DNA from: an uncultured Alphaproteobacteria bacterium | Lineage (GTDB): Bacteria > Pseudomonadota > Alphaproteobacteria > Rhizobiales > Beijerinckiaceae | Length of the DNA: 64,000 bases | Direction: 5' to 3' | NCBI GenBank assembly: GCA_963806675.1 | Contig: CAWDYF010000002.1 | Location: 1,043,920-1,107,919 of the forward strand | Part shown: in pieces, positions 46,860 to 56,753 of the stretch | Position numbering within the stretch: the first letter of the stretch is position 1 | Layout: the number at the start of each line of letters is the position of its first letter | Program-made: the position numbers and the translations under genes | Notes under the pieces: generated by a model | Database searches by the model: none | What the model was told of the DNA's origin: nothing | The model's input: the letters and a program-made list of their open reading frames with translations, nothing else

Positions 46860-47531
46860 ATGAGACACAGTCTCCTGGCCATTCTCGCCTTGACTTCAAT
46901 GGCCTTCCCGGTGCTCGCGGCCGATCTGCCGTCGCAATCGGGAGCGCCCTATTACGCGCCGCCGCCGGTCTTTACCTGGACCGGCGCCTATGTCGGCGCC
47001 AATGCTTCCTTTGGGTTCGGGCGTTTCACCGGAGGCGGCAACTCCTATTTCGGCGGCGCCGACGGCGGACTCTACGGGATCACCGCCGGCTATAATTATC
47101 AATCCGGCCCGCTCGTTGCAGGCATCGAAGGCGACCTCGATTTCGGCGGCGTCAGCGGCACCGGCTATCCTGGTGCCGGCATCAGCGGCACGGGCAACCT
47201 CAACGGCGAGGGATCGCTGCGCGCCCGGTTCGGCTATGCCTTCAACCACACGCTCGTCTACATCACCGGCGGCTATACCGGCGCCAATCTCAACGGCAGC
47301 GTCACCGACCTTTCCGCCGCGCCCAACCTCTATGTCAACCAGTCGACCTATCTAAATGGCTTCGTGGTCGGCGGCGGCGTCGAATTCGCGGTGACGCGGA
47401 ATATCTCGGTCAAGGCGGAATATCTGTTCAATGATTACGCAAGCAGCGGACTGTTCAGCGGCACGCGCGACAGCACCAATTCCGGCATGCTTCTCTCGAC
47501 GTTGCGCGCCGGGATCAATTACCATTTCTAG
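46860..47531 (+). CDS. Outer membrane beta-barrel protein (Omp25/RopB-like)
   Basis: Signal peptide then ADLP, FTWTGAYVGAN, GGGVEFA, C-terminal RAGINYHF; GAGG SD. Confidence 0.9.
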   Translation: MRHSLLAILALTSMAFPVLAADLPSQSGAPYYAPPPVFTWTGAYVGANASFGFGRFTGGGNSYFGGADGGLYGITAGYNYQSGPLVAGIEGDLDFGGVSGTGYPGAGISGTGNLNGEGSLRARFGYAFNHTLVYITGGYTGANLNGSVTDLSAAPNLYVNQSTYLNGFVVGGGVEFAVTRNISVKAEYLFNDYASSGLFSGTRDSTNSGMLLSTLRAGINYHF

Positions 47532-47579
47532 GGCGTAATCGGCGGAACCCCGCCGATCGCGGCAACGCGATCGCCCAAA

Positions 47580-48182
47580 TCATGTCTTGAGGCGGGTCTC
47601 CGCGAAGGCCGGCACGGCGGCTGCGAAAGCGTCGAGCCAGGCGACAAGCGTGGGATGCGCGCCGCGCCACGCTCCCTTGAAGCGCAGATCAAGATAGCCG
47701 AGAACGCAGGCGAGCCCGATATGCGCCACATCGCGGCGGCCGGCCGGCGGCGCCGCGGCGAAGGCAGCGAGCCCGCGCTCAACCTTCTCGGCCTGGTAGG
47801 CCAGCCATTTCTGCGAGTGCGCATCGGCTGCGCGGAAGCGTTGCTCATAGATCTGGAGGATCGCCGCATCGAGAATGCCGTCGGCGAGAGCCGCCGCCGT
47901 CAAGACTTTGATACGGGCGTCCGGCTCTGAGGGTATGAGCACATTCCCCCCGACGCGGAGGTCGAGATATTCGACGATCACGCGGCTGTCGAAAATCGTG
48001 GTTGCGTCCTCGAGGATAAGCACTGGGATTTTGCCGAGTGGATTTTGCCGCCGCAGTACGTCGTCGGGATCGCTCGTGTCGGCCGTTACGACTTCGATTT
48101 CCCCGGCTAAGCCGACGAGCCAAGCCGCGATCTCGACCTTGCGTCCAAAGGGCGAAGGCGGCGACGAACGCAAGATCATCAT
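47580..48182 (-). CDS. Glutathione S-transferase family protein
   Basis: SPPSPFGRKV, NPLGKIPVL, DSRVIVEYL. Confidence 0.92.
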   Translation of the reverse strand: MMILRSSPPSPFGRKVEIAAWLVGLAGEIEVVTADTSDPDDVLRRQNPLGKIPVLILEDATTIFDSRVIVEYLDLRVGGNVLIPSEPDARIKVLTAAALADGILDAAILQIYEQRFRAADAHSQKWLAYQAEKVERGLAAFAAAPPAGRRDVAHIGLACVLGYLDLRFKGAWRGAHPTLVAWLDAFAAAVPAFAETRLKT

Positions 48183-48277
48183 AAAACGGATTCCTTCGAA
48201 CCGGCCGCATCGTCATGGAGGCCCGCCAAGATCATGGATAGGCACAAGGCGGCGGCCCGGATCGAATGAGGCGCGGC

Positions 48278-48490
48278 TCAGATCAGTTGCAGATTGACGG
48301 CCTTCGGTCCTTTTCCCTTTTTGTCCGGCTCGGTCTCGAAGCTCACTCTTTGCCCCTCACTCAAGGCGGTGAGGCCGGCGCGTTCGACGGCGGTGATGTG
48401 AAGAAATATGTCGGGTCCACCGTCATCCGGCGTGATGAAGCCAAAGCCCTTGTTCACGTTGAAAAATTTCACCGTTCCCATCTGTGGCAT
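48278..48490 (-). CDS. cspA: Cold-shock protein (CspA family)
   Basis: GTVKFFN, KGFGFI (RNP1), IFLHIT (RNP2), GPKAVNL. Exact paralogue identity is not resolvable. Confidence 0.93.
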   Translation of the reverse strand: MPQMGTVKFFNVNKGFGFITPDDGGPDIFLHITAVERAGLTALSEGQRVSFETEPDKKGKGPKAVNLQLI

Positions 48491-48593
48491 CGGGCATTCC
48501 CTCCCCCTTGCGGGCCGGCCGGCATGAAAACCGGCGGCTCTATTTTTTCCATGCGCCGCGGGAGAACGAGCTAAGCTCGGTCACTCTCACGAT

Positions 48594-49458
48594 TCAGTCG
48601 GCTGCGAGCCACGCGATGTCGGCACCGCAGCCGCCCCTTATTCCCATGGTCTGGGCAAGATAAGGCAAAATCGCGCGCGCTTCTACGGCAAGCGGATAGG
48701 GCGGATTGAGAATAATGAGGCCATTTGCGGCAAGCGGTCCATCCAGGCGCGGCGTTTCAACCTGGAGTTCGAGCCGAAGGAGTTCTTCGATCCCCGCCTG
48801 TGTCATCGCCGCAACAAGGGCGCCGAGGAAGCCGTTGACGGCGGAGCGGTCCTTGATCGGGAACCAGGCCATGTAGACCCCGGTCGGCCATTTTCGCGCC
48901 GCAGCCGCCAAACCCGTCAGCAGGTCGGTGAATTCGCTCTTTTGCTCGAAAGACGGGTCGACCAGGACGAGACCGCGGCGCTCGATTGGCGGAACGTAGG
49001 CTTTGAGAGCGGTGAACCCGTCGATTTCGACGATCCTGACGCGGCGGTCGCGGCCGATCTCGGGCTGCGCCTTCAGAGCCGCGACCGCATCCGGATGCGC
49101 GTCACAAAAAACCATCCGGTCCTGCCGCCGCAGGAGACGGCAGGCGAGCGCCGGAGACCCGGGATAGAGCGGCGGTTCGCCGGCAAGGAGCGGCAAGACG
49201 ATGCCGAGATAAGGTTCGAGGAGAGCTTCGACCTCGCAGGGGGCATCACCGGCGACAAGCCGGCCGATGCCGTTTCTCCATTCCGCCGTCTTTTCCGCCG
49301 CCGCGCCGGAAAGGTCGTAGAGGCCGTCGCCGGCGTGGGTATCGATTACCCGCAGGCCGCGTGTCCTTACGCATCAGATAGAGAAGAATACGCGTCAAGA
49401 TCACATGCTTGAACACGTCGGCGAAATTGCCGGCATGGAACGCGTGGCGATAGTTCAT
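48594..49458 (-). CDS. rlmJ: 23S rRNA m6A2030 methyltransferase RlmJ, frameshifted at about 49357
   Basis: MNYRHAFHAGNFADVFKH. After a +1 correction it reads VIDTHAGDGLYDL...YPGSP, LVDPSFE, WFPIK, NPPY. Confidence 0.92.
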
Positions 49459-49473
49459 CCGCGCATATCCGCG

Positions 49474-50235
49474 TCAGCGCATCGGCGCGACGGTAACCTG
49501 CTGCGTATAACAGAAGTTGCGGCTGACCTCGGGGCAGGCGACGAAATCGCGCAGATCCTTGGACATGCAGATCCGTACCTCATCCAATTCGCCCCTGTTG
49601 CATTCGACCGCGAGCATGCCCGGTCTAAGCCGCGGATTGGCGGCGATGAAGGCGCGCTGGATATCGAGCGGCGTCCAGGTTTGAGTCTGATTGGCGGCGG
49701 TGAACGCAGGCGGAATGGTGATCGCCGCACGCGCCTTGCGCACGTCGGCGAAATAGTCCGTCGGGCTCTTGCCCGAACAGGTCCCGTGCTTACGCCACTC
49801 ATAACGGGCAAGCCCTTCGTCAGGATAGAGCCCCTGCACGGCCTGCAAGGCGAGATACGAGGGCGAGCTGATCCCGCCGCAATCTTCGGGAAAGCCGTGG
49901 TTGTATTGCGGCCAAAGGCCGTGCACGACGAAGCCGAGATCTGCCCCGTCGGCGCATTGCGCACGCGCCTTCTCGGCGCCGCCGGTGTCGCAGAAGCCCG
50001 GCGACCAGGACAAAGCCAAAACGTAGAAGTCGAAGTCGCCCGGCTCATTGTCGCCCTCGCCCGGCGGCGGCGCCCCCTGCGCGAGGCCCGGTAGCGGCTT
50101 CTTGTCGGCGCAATTGTCAAGGATGCAACCGTCGTTCTGCCCGCCAGATTGCGCCGCAGCGCCACACGCCAGGCCGGCAAGACAGAGCACCAGGGCAGCG
50201 ATCGCCACGCCGCGAGAAGCAGAACCGAAAGCCAT
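49474..50235 (-). CDS. Exported ribonuclease T2 family protein
   Basis: YVLALSWSPGFC, VVHGLWP (CAS I), EWRKHGTC (CAS II); N-terminal signal peptide. Confidence 0.94.
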   Translation of the reverse strand: MAFGSASRGVAIAALVLCLAGLACGAAAQSGGQNDGCILDNCADKKPLPGLAQGAPPPGEGDNEPGDFDFYVLALSWSPGFCDTGGAEKARAQCADGADLGFVVHGLWPQYNHGFPEDCGGISSPSYLALQAVQGLYPDEGLARYEWRKHGTCSGKSPTDYFADVRKARAAITIPPAFTAANQTQTWTPLDIQRAFIAANPRLRPGMLAVECNRGELDEVRICMSKDLRDFVACPEVSRNFCYTQQVTVAPMR

Positions 50236-50262
50236 GGATCGTCGATCTCCCCCCGGGCGCGG

Positions 50263-50748
50263 TCAGGGCCGCGCGATTTTGCAATCCGGCGAATAGGCAT
50301 AGTCGCGATCCAGCCCCTCGAGACACCATTCGACATCGAAGCCCCAGCCGATGATGCCGAGGTCTTCGTCGATGGAATATGAGACGTCGCGAACCGATTG
50401 ATTGTTCATTTGAGCCTTGGCCGTGCAATAGCGGCGCGGAATGAGATCGAGCCCGTTCGAGCGAAAGCCGATCTCGCGCACCTGATCGAGGCTCACGATC
50501 TCGAGGCCCGATTTCCAGAACTCGGCCTCGCGCGCATGGAAACGCGATTGAATCCGCTCGAAGACCGCCGGATCCGCGCAGCCCGGTAGGACGCCCTGGT
50601 AGGAATCATAACGCTCTTCCGCCGGCACTTGCGGGCGCGCCAAGGCCGCGAACGACGCATAACCGGCGGCGAGCCCGATTACGGCCGCGCCCACAAGGCA
50701 CAGCGCCCGCATCCGCGAGACCGGGGCCGCATCGCGCAATCTCGTCAT
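50263..50748 (-). CDS. Exported Cys-containing hypothetical protein
   Basis: Signal peptide and four Cys in the mature part (PGCAD, RRYC, EWC, PDC). Co-oriented with RNase T2, 27 nt upstream of it. Confidence 0.75.
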   Translation of the reverse strand: MTRLRDAAPVSRMRALCLVGAAVIGLAAGYASFAALARPQVPAEERYDSYQGVLPGCADPAVFERIQSRFHAREAEFWKSGLEIVSLDQVREIGFRSNGLDLIPRRYCTAKAQMNNQSVRDVSYSIDEDLGIIGWGFDVEWCLEGLDRDYAYSPDCKIARP

Positions 50749-50998
50749 CTCGACCCTCCAGAACTGGACCGACCGACGATGCTTCGGCGTATCGGCAGCG
50801 TCAAGTGCTCAAGCAAACGCAATCGGCCCGGCCGCGGTCGTATCGCAACGTCCTCCTCGCGGCCTTGTCGGCGCGGGGCATGCCGGTTGCTGCGTGACCA
50901 GCACAAGGCCGCCGTCGGGCGCGAAGCGTCTCATTCGGACCCGCGGCTGTGCTTTTTTGGAACCGTGCTCGAAGGCGAGCACCTGCGGAGCTGTCAGA

Positions 50999-52444
50999 AT
51001 GTTTCGCGCCGAGACAACGGCGGGCTCGTCGAGATCCTTCGTACGGGCCAATTGGGCCGCCGCGCTGCCGCGAAAGAACAGGGGTCTGTTTCGCGGGTTC
51101 TTCTCGCTTGTCGCCGTCGTCGCCGATTTTCTGGCGATTCTTGGTGTCGGCGTGCTGGCCAACGTCACCTATGCTCGCGCGGCCGACGTGGCGGTAGACA
51201 CACATATTCGGCTCGGCCTTTTAGTCGCCGTGCTCTTCACTTTCATGAGCGCGATACGCAACGAATATGCAATCAGCAAATATCTGACGTTCGAAAATCA
51301 GGTCGGGCGCTCCGTCCTGCCTTGGTGCATGACGATCGTCGGTACGCTCGTAATAACGCTTTCCGCGAGGCCCCTGATCGGCTCTCTGGAGCTGGCGTTC
51401 GCCACCTATTTCATCGGCGGGTTCTCCGCCCTCAACCTCGGTCGTCTTCTGCTCACCTATGGCATCCGCAGCTATGCCAAACGCGGCCAGCTGGCGGCGC
51501 GCCGCATATTCCTGCTCGGCTATGAGGACGAGCTCGACAGCTTTACGGGGCGCCACGAAGCCTCGCTGTTGGGCGTCCATATCATTGCCGCTTCTGTGCT
51601 GCGCGGGGCGGGAAGCCTCGAAGAGGACCTCGCGCTGGCGCTCGCCTCGGCCCGCATTCTCGAGCCTGACGATGTCTTCATCCTCGTGCCATGGTCGCAC
51701 AAGACCGTGATCGACGCTGCGATCCATGCGTTCCTGCGCATCCCGACCTCGATCCACCTCGGCCCTGAACGGGTGCTCGACCGATTCTCCGGCGCTCGCG
51801 TTTCGAAGATCGGACGGGTGTCCAGCCTCAATCTCGTGCGCGGTCCGCTGTCGGCCTCGGAGGTGATCGCCAAACGCGCGTTCGACATCTTCTTCGCATC
51901 GCTTGGCCTGATCTTGCTCGCTCCGCTGTTCGTCATCGTCGGCATCGCGATCAAGCTCGACAGCCCGGGGCCGGTCATGTTTCGCCAGCGCCGATACGGT
52001 TTCAACCAGCAGCCGTTCCGGATGCTGAAATTCCGCTCCATGCACACGCTCGAGGACGATTCCAAGCTGACCCTCGTCAGCGAGAACGATGCGCGGGTGA
52101 CGCGCGTCGGACATTTCATCCGGCGTCACAACATCGACGAGTTGCCGCAGCTCGTGAACGTTGTGCTTGGCGAAATGTCGCTCGTCGGCCCACGGCCGCA
52201 CGCGCTCGTGATCGACCAGAGGTTCGAGCGCCGGATCGCGCTTTACGCGCGCCGACACAATGTCAAGCCGGGCATTACCGGCTGGGCGCAGATCAATGGA
52301 TTTCGCGGCGGAATGGCGGAGGAACGCATGCGGGCGCGTGTCGAGCACGACCTGCATTACATCGACCATTGGTCGCTGTGGTTCGACATCGAGATTCTAT
52401 GGCTGACGCTCACCTCGAAGAAGGCCTATACCAACGCCCTTTGA
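50999..52444 (+). CDS. Undecaprenyl-phosphate sugar phosphotransferase (WcaJ/GumD-like)
   Basis: AKRAFDI, IKLDSPGP, KFRSM, IDELPQL.NV..GEMSLVGPRP, KPGITGWAQ. Start uncertain. Confidence 0.92.
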   Translation: MFRAETTAGSSRSFVRANWAAALPRKNRGLFRGFFSLVAVVADFLAILGVGVLANVTYARAADVAVDTHIRLGLLVAVLFTFMSAIRNEYAISKYLTFENQVGRSVLPWCMTIVGTLVITLSARPLIGSLELAFATYFIGGFSALNLGRLLLTYGIRSYAKRGQLAARRIFLLGYEDELDSFTGRHEASLLGVHIIAASVLRGAGSLEEDLALALASARILEPDDVFILVPWSHKTVIDAAIHAFLRIPTSIHLGPERVLDRFSGARVSKIGRVSSLNLVRGPLSASEVIAKRAFDIFFASLGLILLAPLFVIVGIAIKLDSPGPVMFRQRRYGFNQQPFRMLKFRSMHTLEDDSKLTLVSENDARVTRVGHFIRRHNIDELPQLVNVVLGEMSLVGPRPHALVIDQRFERRIALYARRHNVKPGITGWAQINGFRGGMAEERMRARVEHDLHYIDHWSLWFDIEILWLTLTSKKAYTNAL

Positions 52445-54030
52445 GAGCGCGGCGCGGCCGCCTTTTGATAATCCTTCACGTCGGAAAAGCCGATCCCCAT
52501 CCATTTCTCCTGCTCGTAGCGCAGATCGAACGCCGAGGCGGCGAGGTAGACCGGCGCACCATCGAGATCGATCGCCATCGAGCTTGGATGAGCGCGGCTG
52601 AATTCCTCGACCTCGGCGTCGCTCTTCGCCTCGACCCAGCGGGCGATTTCGAAGCGCGAAGCCTCGAAAGCGACCTCCAGCCCATATTCGGCAGCGAGCC
52701 TTTCGGCGAGCACGTCGAGTTGCAAGGCGCCGATGACGCCGACGATGGCGCTCGACCCGTCATTCGGCTGAAAGACCTGGACGACGCCTTCTTCCGCCAT
52801 CTGCTGCAGCGCCTCGCGCAGTTTCTTCGCCCGCATCGCATCCGAGATCTTGACGCGGCGTAGAATCTCCGGCGCGAAGCTCGGCACGCCGGCAAAGGCG
52901 AGCTCCTCGCCTTCGCTCAGCGTATCGCCGATGCGCAGCGTGCCGTGATTAGGAATGCCGACAACGTCGCCGGCAAACGCCTCCTCGGCGAGCTGGCGAT
53001 CCCGGGCGAAGAAGAATTGCGGCGCATTGAGCGTCAGCGTCTTGCCGCTGCGCACGAGCTTGGCCTTCATGCCGCGGACGAGTTTGCCCGAACAGACCCG
53101 CATGAAGGCTATGCGGTCGCGATGATTGGGATCCATGTTGGCCTGGATCTTGAAGACGAAGCCGGTCATCTTCGGCTCGCGCGGATCGACCGCACGACTG
53201 CTCGCCTCGAGTTCGCGCGGCGGCGGCGCCAGTTCGGCCAAGGCCGTTATCAGGTCGCGCACGCCGAAATTGCGTAGGGCGCTGCCGAACAAGACCGGCG
53301 TCAGATGGCCTTCGAGAAAGCTCCGCCGGTCGAAAGGCTTCAGTGCGGCGCGCGCGAGTTCGATCTGCTCGCGCACCGCGGCAAATGTCGGCGGCGGCAG
53401 AAGGCTTTCGATATGAGGATCGGCCGGTCCTTCGACGGCGACCGGCGCATCGTCGGCGTCGAGCCGGCGCACGAGATTGCGATTGAGATCATAGGTCCCG
53501 GCGAAATCGCGGCCGCTGCCGAGCGGCCAAGTCAGCGGCGCGACATCGAGGGCGAGCGTCTTTTCGATCTCATCGAGGAGATCGAAGGGATCGCGGCTTT
53601 CGCGGTCGAGCTTGTTGATGAAGGTGATGATCGGAATGTCGCGCAAGCGGCAGACCTCGAACAATTTGCGGGTGCGCGCCTCGATGCCTTTTGCCGCGTC
53701 GATCACCATGACCGCCGAATCGACCGCGCTCAAGGTGCGGTAGGTATCTTCGGAAAAGTCTTCGTGGCCGGGAGTGTCGAGGAGATTATAGACGCAGCCG
53801 CCATATTCGAAGGTCATCACCGAGGTGACGACGGAGATCCCGCGCTCGCGCTCGATGCCCATCCAGTCGGACCTCGTTCGCCGGCGGTTAGCCTTGGCGC
53901 GCACCTCGCCGGCGAGCACGATCGCCCCGCCGAACAGCAGCAGCTTTTCGGTCAGCGTGGTCTTGCCCGCGTCCGGGTGGGAGATGATGGCGAAAGTCCG
54001 CCGCCGCGCGACGGGATCAGGTTTGGTCAT
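52426..54030 (-). CDS. prfC: Peptide chain release factor 3
   Basis: RRRTFAIISHPDAGKTT, LDTPGHEDFSEDTYR, KIQANMDPNHRDR. Confidence 0.97.
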   Translation of the reverse strand: MTKPDPVARRRTFAIISHPDAGKTTLTEKLLLFGGAIVLAGEVRAKANRRRTRSDWMGIERERGISVVTSVMTFEYGGCVYNLLDTPGHEDFSEDTYRTLSAVDSAVMVIDAAKGIEARTRKLFEVCRLRDIPIITFINKLDRESRDPFDLLDEIEKTLALDVAPLTWPLGSGRDFAGTYDLNRNLVRRLDADDAPVAVEGPADPHIESLLPPPTFAAVREQIELARAALKPFDRRSFLEGHLTPVLFGSALRNFGVRDLITALAELAPPPRELEASSRAVDPREPKMTGFVFKIQANMDPNHRDRIAFMRVCSGKLVRGMKAKLVRSGKTLTLNAPQFFFARDRQLAEEAFAGDVVGIPNHGTLRIGDTLSEGEELAFAGVPSFAPEILRRVKISDAMRAKKLREALQQMAEEGVVQVFQPNDGSSAIVGVIGALQLDVLAERLAAEYGLEVAFEASRFEIARWVEAKSDAEVEEFSRAHPSSMAIDLDGAPVYLAASAFDLRYEQEKWMGIGFSDVKDYQKAAAPRSQRALV

Positions 54031-54102
54031 AGGCTCTGAGTCGGTGAAGGTGAGGAAGTGGCAACGGATTGGGCCAATGTCAATTGCCCGATTGCCGCTA
54101 CC

Positions 54103-55080
54103 TCACGTGAGCCGCCGCAAATGCCGGAATACGATGATGCGCGACACAAAACCCGTGACGATGCCCATCGCGCAGGCGATCAGTGCGATTGCGGTGTAAC
54201 CTTTCGCGCCCAGCGCAAAACTGCCGAACATGACCTCCATCTGATCGCCGCCGGGCGTCGCATGCATCAAGGCGGAAAGCGAAGCCGCCAGAATGAAGAC
54301 GAGGATGGCGGCGCCGCCGCCGATTGCGCCGCCGCGCAGGCCGAGGCGGAAGAAATGCCTTTGGAACTGGCGCGAAATATAACCGTCCGCGGCTCCGACA
54401 AGATGCAGCACCTCGATGATCTCGCGGTTGCCCGCCATAGCGCCGCGCGTCGCAAAGCCGACCGCCAACACCATCGCGATCATCACCAGGATAAAGATGA
54501 TTGTCGCAATGACGACCACCGTCCCGGCCATGATCGAAAGTCGCTCGTCCCAAAGGCGATGATCGTCAATTGTCGCATTGGGAACCTTGTCGGTCACGGC
54601 CTTGCGCAAGGCATCGAGATCGAGCTTGGTATCGCGCTTGAGCTTGACGACGATGAGCCGCGGCACCGGAAGTTCGGAGAGATCAAGTCCGCTCCCGAGC
54701 CAGGGCTGCAGCAATTCTTCCGATTGCGCCTTGGTATAGGCGTAAACCTCGGCGACGCCTTCGATCCCGCGCGCCGCCGCGACGGCTTGGGCGACATCGG
54801 CCTCGAGGTCCCGCCCAACCACCGGCATGACCTGAATGGTCATCTCGCGGGATACCGCGCCGCGCCAACCTTGCGCCGAATCGGCGATGAGCATCGCGGT
54901 GCCTGCCGTCAGCGCGGCGAGAAAGGTCATGATCGCGATGACCGTGACGAGCGCGCGGCCGGCGATCGAGGCAGCCGGTACCAGCGGTTGCTCGCGGCGC
55001 AGATTGAGGACCGCGTCGTCGGCGCTCCGCTCCACACTTCTGCGCCGTTCGGATTGGAGGAGGATCATCGAAATCCTCAC
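54103..55080 (-). CDS. ftsX: Cell division permease FtsX
   Basis: IAIMTFLAAL, IEVLHLVGA..YI..QF; GTGA overlap with ftsE. Confidence 0.92.
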   Translation of the reverse strand: MRISMILLQSERRRSVERSADDAVLNLRREQPLVPAASIAGRALVTVIAIMTFLAALTAGTAMLIADSAQGWRGAVSREMTIQVMPVVGRDLEADVAQAVAAARGIEGVAEVYAYTKAQSEELLQPWLGSGLDLSELPVPRLIVVKLKRDTKLDLDALRKAVTDKVPNATIDDHRLWDERLSIMAGTVVVIATIIFILVMIAMVLAVGFATRGAMAGNREIIEVLHLVGAADGYISRQFQRHFFRLGLRGGAIGGGAAILVFILAASLSALMHATPGGDQMEVMFGSFALGAKGYTAIALIACAMGIVTGFVSRIIVFRHLRRLT

Positions 55081-55739
55081 TCGTAGATGTGAAGACGGCT
55101 GTCGCCAAGGACAAGCCGGCGCGCCGTGTCGAATTGATCCATCAAAGCGAGATCATGCGTGGCGATTACCACTGCCGTGCCGGATTTGTGCAGCTCGGCG
55201 AAGAGCCGCAGGAGCCGGCGCGCCAGGGTGGGATCGACATTGCCGGTCGGCTCGTCGGCGAGCAGAAGCTCGGGGCGCACGATGAGCGCGCGGGCGATCG
55301 CGGCGCGCTGCTTCTCGCCGCCGGAGAGAACCGGGGGCAGGACATGCATATGTTCGCCGAGGCCGACCCAACGCAAAAGCTCGACGACCTCGGCGCGGTA
55401 GGAGGATTCGTCGCGGCCCCGCACGCGCAAGGGCAGAGCGACGTTCTCATAGGTCGTCAGATGGTCGAGCAAGCGGAAGTCCTGGAAGACCACGCCGATG
55501 CGACGGCGCAGATCGGTGATCGCGTCCTTGCTGAGGTGCGCCGCGTCGGCATCGAACAGCGCGATGAGACCGCGGGTTGGCTTGAGCGACAGCAGGATGA
55601 GCCGCAGCAAAGTTGTCTTTCCGGCGCCCGAAGGGCCGGTCAGGAATTGGAACGAGCGCGGCTCGATCTCGAAGCTGATATCCTTGAGGATCTCGGCTCC
55701 CATTCCATATCTCAGGCCGACATTTTCGAATCGGACCAA
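55077..55739 (-). CDS. ftsE: Cell division ATP-binding protein FtsE
   Basis: GPSGAGKTT, GVVFQDFRLL, LSGGEKQR, ADEPTGNVD. Confidence 0.95.
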   Translation of the reverse strand: MVRFENVGLRYGMGAEILKDISFEIEPRSFQFLTGPSGAGKTTLLRLILLSLKPTRGLIALFDADAAHLSKDAITDLRRRIGVVFQDFRLLDHLTTYENVALPLRVRGRDESSYRAEVVELLRWVGLGEHMHVLPPVLSGGEKQRAAIARALIVRPELLLADEPTGNVDPTLARRLLRLFAELHKSGTAVVIATHDLALMDQFDTARRLVLGDSRLHIYE

Positions 55740-55828
55740 ATGAACCTCGTCTCCCGCGCCGAGCTAAAAAAGCAGGCGTGCGTTCGCTGGATCGGGCCTT
55801 CCGCCTGCACGTCGCGCGAATCGCGTCT

Positions 55829-55844
55829 TTAACGGCGCCTTAAC
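55829..55844. promoter_or_regulatory. CtrA box
   Basis: Perfect TTAA-CGGCGCC-TTAAC between divergent ftsE and the zinc-ribbon gene. Confidence 0.75.
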
Positions 55845-55921
55845 CATAGCAGAGGAGCATTGCGGCGGACCATCATTGGCCTCGTGCCACCCTTTCCCGA
55901 GAGAGCAGGCTTGGCGGAGTC

Positions 55922-56632
55922 ATGCTGATCGATTGCCCCGGCTGCGCCAAATCCTATCACATTATCAAAGCCGCGCTCGGTGCGAACGGGCGCCGCGTCG
56001 CCTGCCCGCGCTGCGATGCGATCTGGTTTGCGACGGCTTCGGCCCCTGCGATCGAGCCGGACGGCCCCGCGACGATCGAGATTTCCGCAGACGACATCGT
56101 GCTGGCAGGTCCGCCCAAAAAGCGCAGCACCAAGGCGCCTGAAAAATCGGTGCAGCCGGCACCAGCGCCCCGGCCGGGCGGGCGCTCGCCCTTCCTGAGC
56201 AATCTTTGCGGCGGCGCAGCTCTGCTGGCATTCGGCATGGCGGTAATCGGTTTTCGCGCCGAGATCGTGCGGCTTTATCCTCCGACCAGCACCGCCTATG
56301 CGGCGCTCGGCCTGCCGGTCAATCTGCGCGGACTCGAGCTGCGCAACCTCCGCACGGTCTCGACCCGCGACGGCAGCGGACCGATTCTCGGCATCGAGGG
56401 CGAGGTCGCCAATGTCGCCGCGGACGAGGCCGAGGTGCCGCCGATCGAGCTCACGATCCGCGACCGAGATGGCCACGAGCTTTACAGCTGGACGGCGAGG
56501 TCGCAGAAGCGCCGGCTCGCGGCCGGCGAAAGCATTCTGTTTCGAGCGCGGCTGGCGGAGCCGCCGGCCGGCGGGCATGATGTTCTGGCACGGTTTGCGA
56601 CGGCAGAGCCGGAGACATTGGCCCGGCGATGA
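55922..56632 (+). CDS. MJ0042-type zinc-ribbon / DUF3426-like membrane protein
   Basis: CPGC...CPRC N-terminus, linker, one TM segment, periplasmic beta-rich domain (LPVNLRGL, IEGEVAN). Confidence 0.85.
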   Translation: MLIDCPGCAKSYHIIKAALGANGRRVACPRCDAIWFATASAPAIEPDGPATIEISADDIVLAGPPKKRSTKAPEKSVQPAPAPRPGGRSPFLSNLCGGAALLAFGMAVIGFRAEIVRLYPPTSTAYAALGLPVNLRGLELRNLRTVSTRDGSGPILGIEGEVANVAADEAEVPPIELTIRDRDGHELYSWTARSQKRRLAAGESILFRARLAEPPAGGHDVLARFATAEPETLARR

Positions 56633-56753
56633 GACGGCGGGCCGCATTCCCGCGGCTATGGCACCCTGACCCGATCAACTGGAATTGCTGATTGTGCGCA
56701 AGCGCCTTATCCCCATATAGGTCGCATCCTGGTTGCTCATCGCGGATTGGACC

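Noticed and set aside
50894-52444. Exopolysaccharide cluster
   Set aside because: Only the priming transferase is present. There is no flippase, polymerase or other glycosyltransferase adjacent.
56691-56718. RpoH-like ATTG-N16-CCCCATAT upstream of ftsY
   Set aside because: The -35 element and spacing deviate from the three better examples. Too weak to call.
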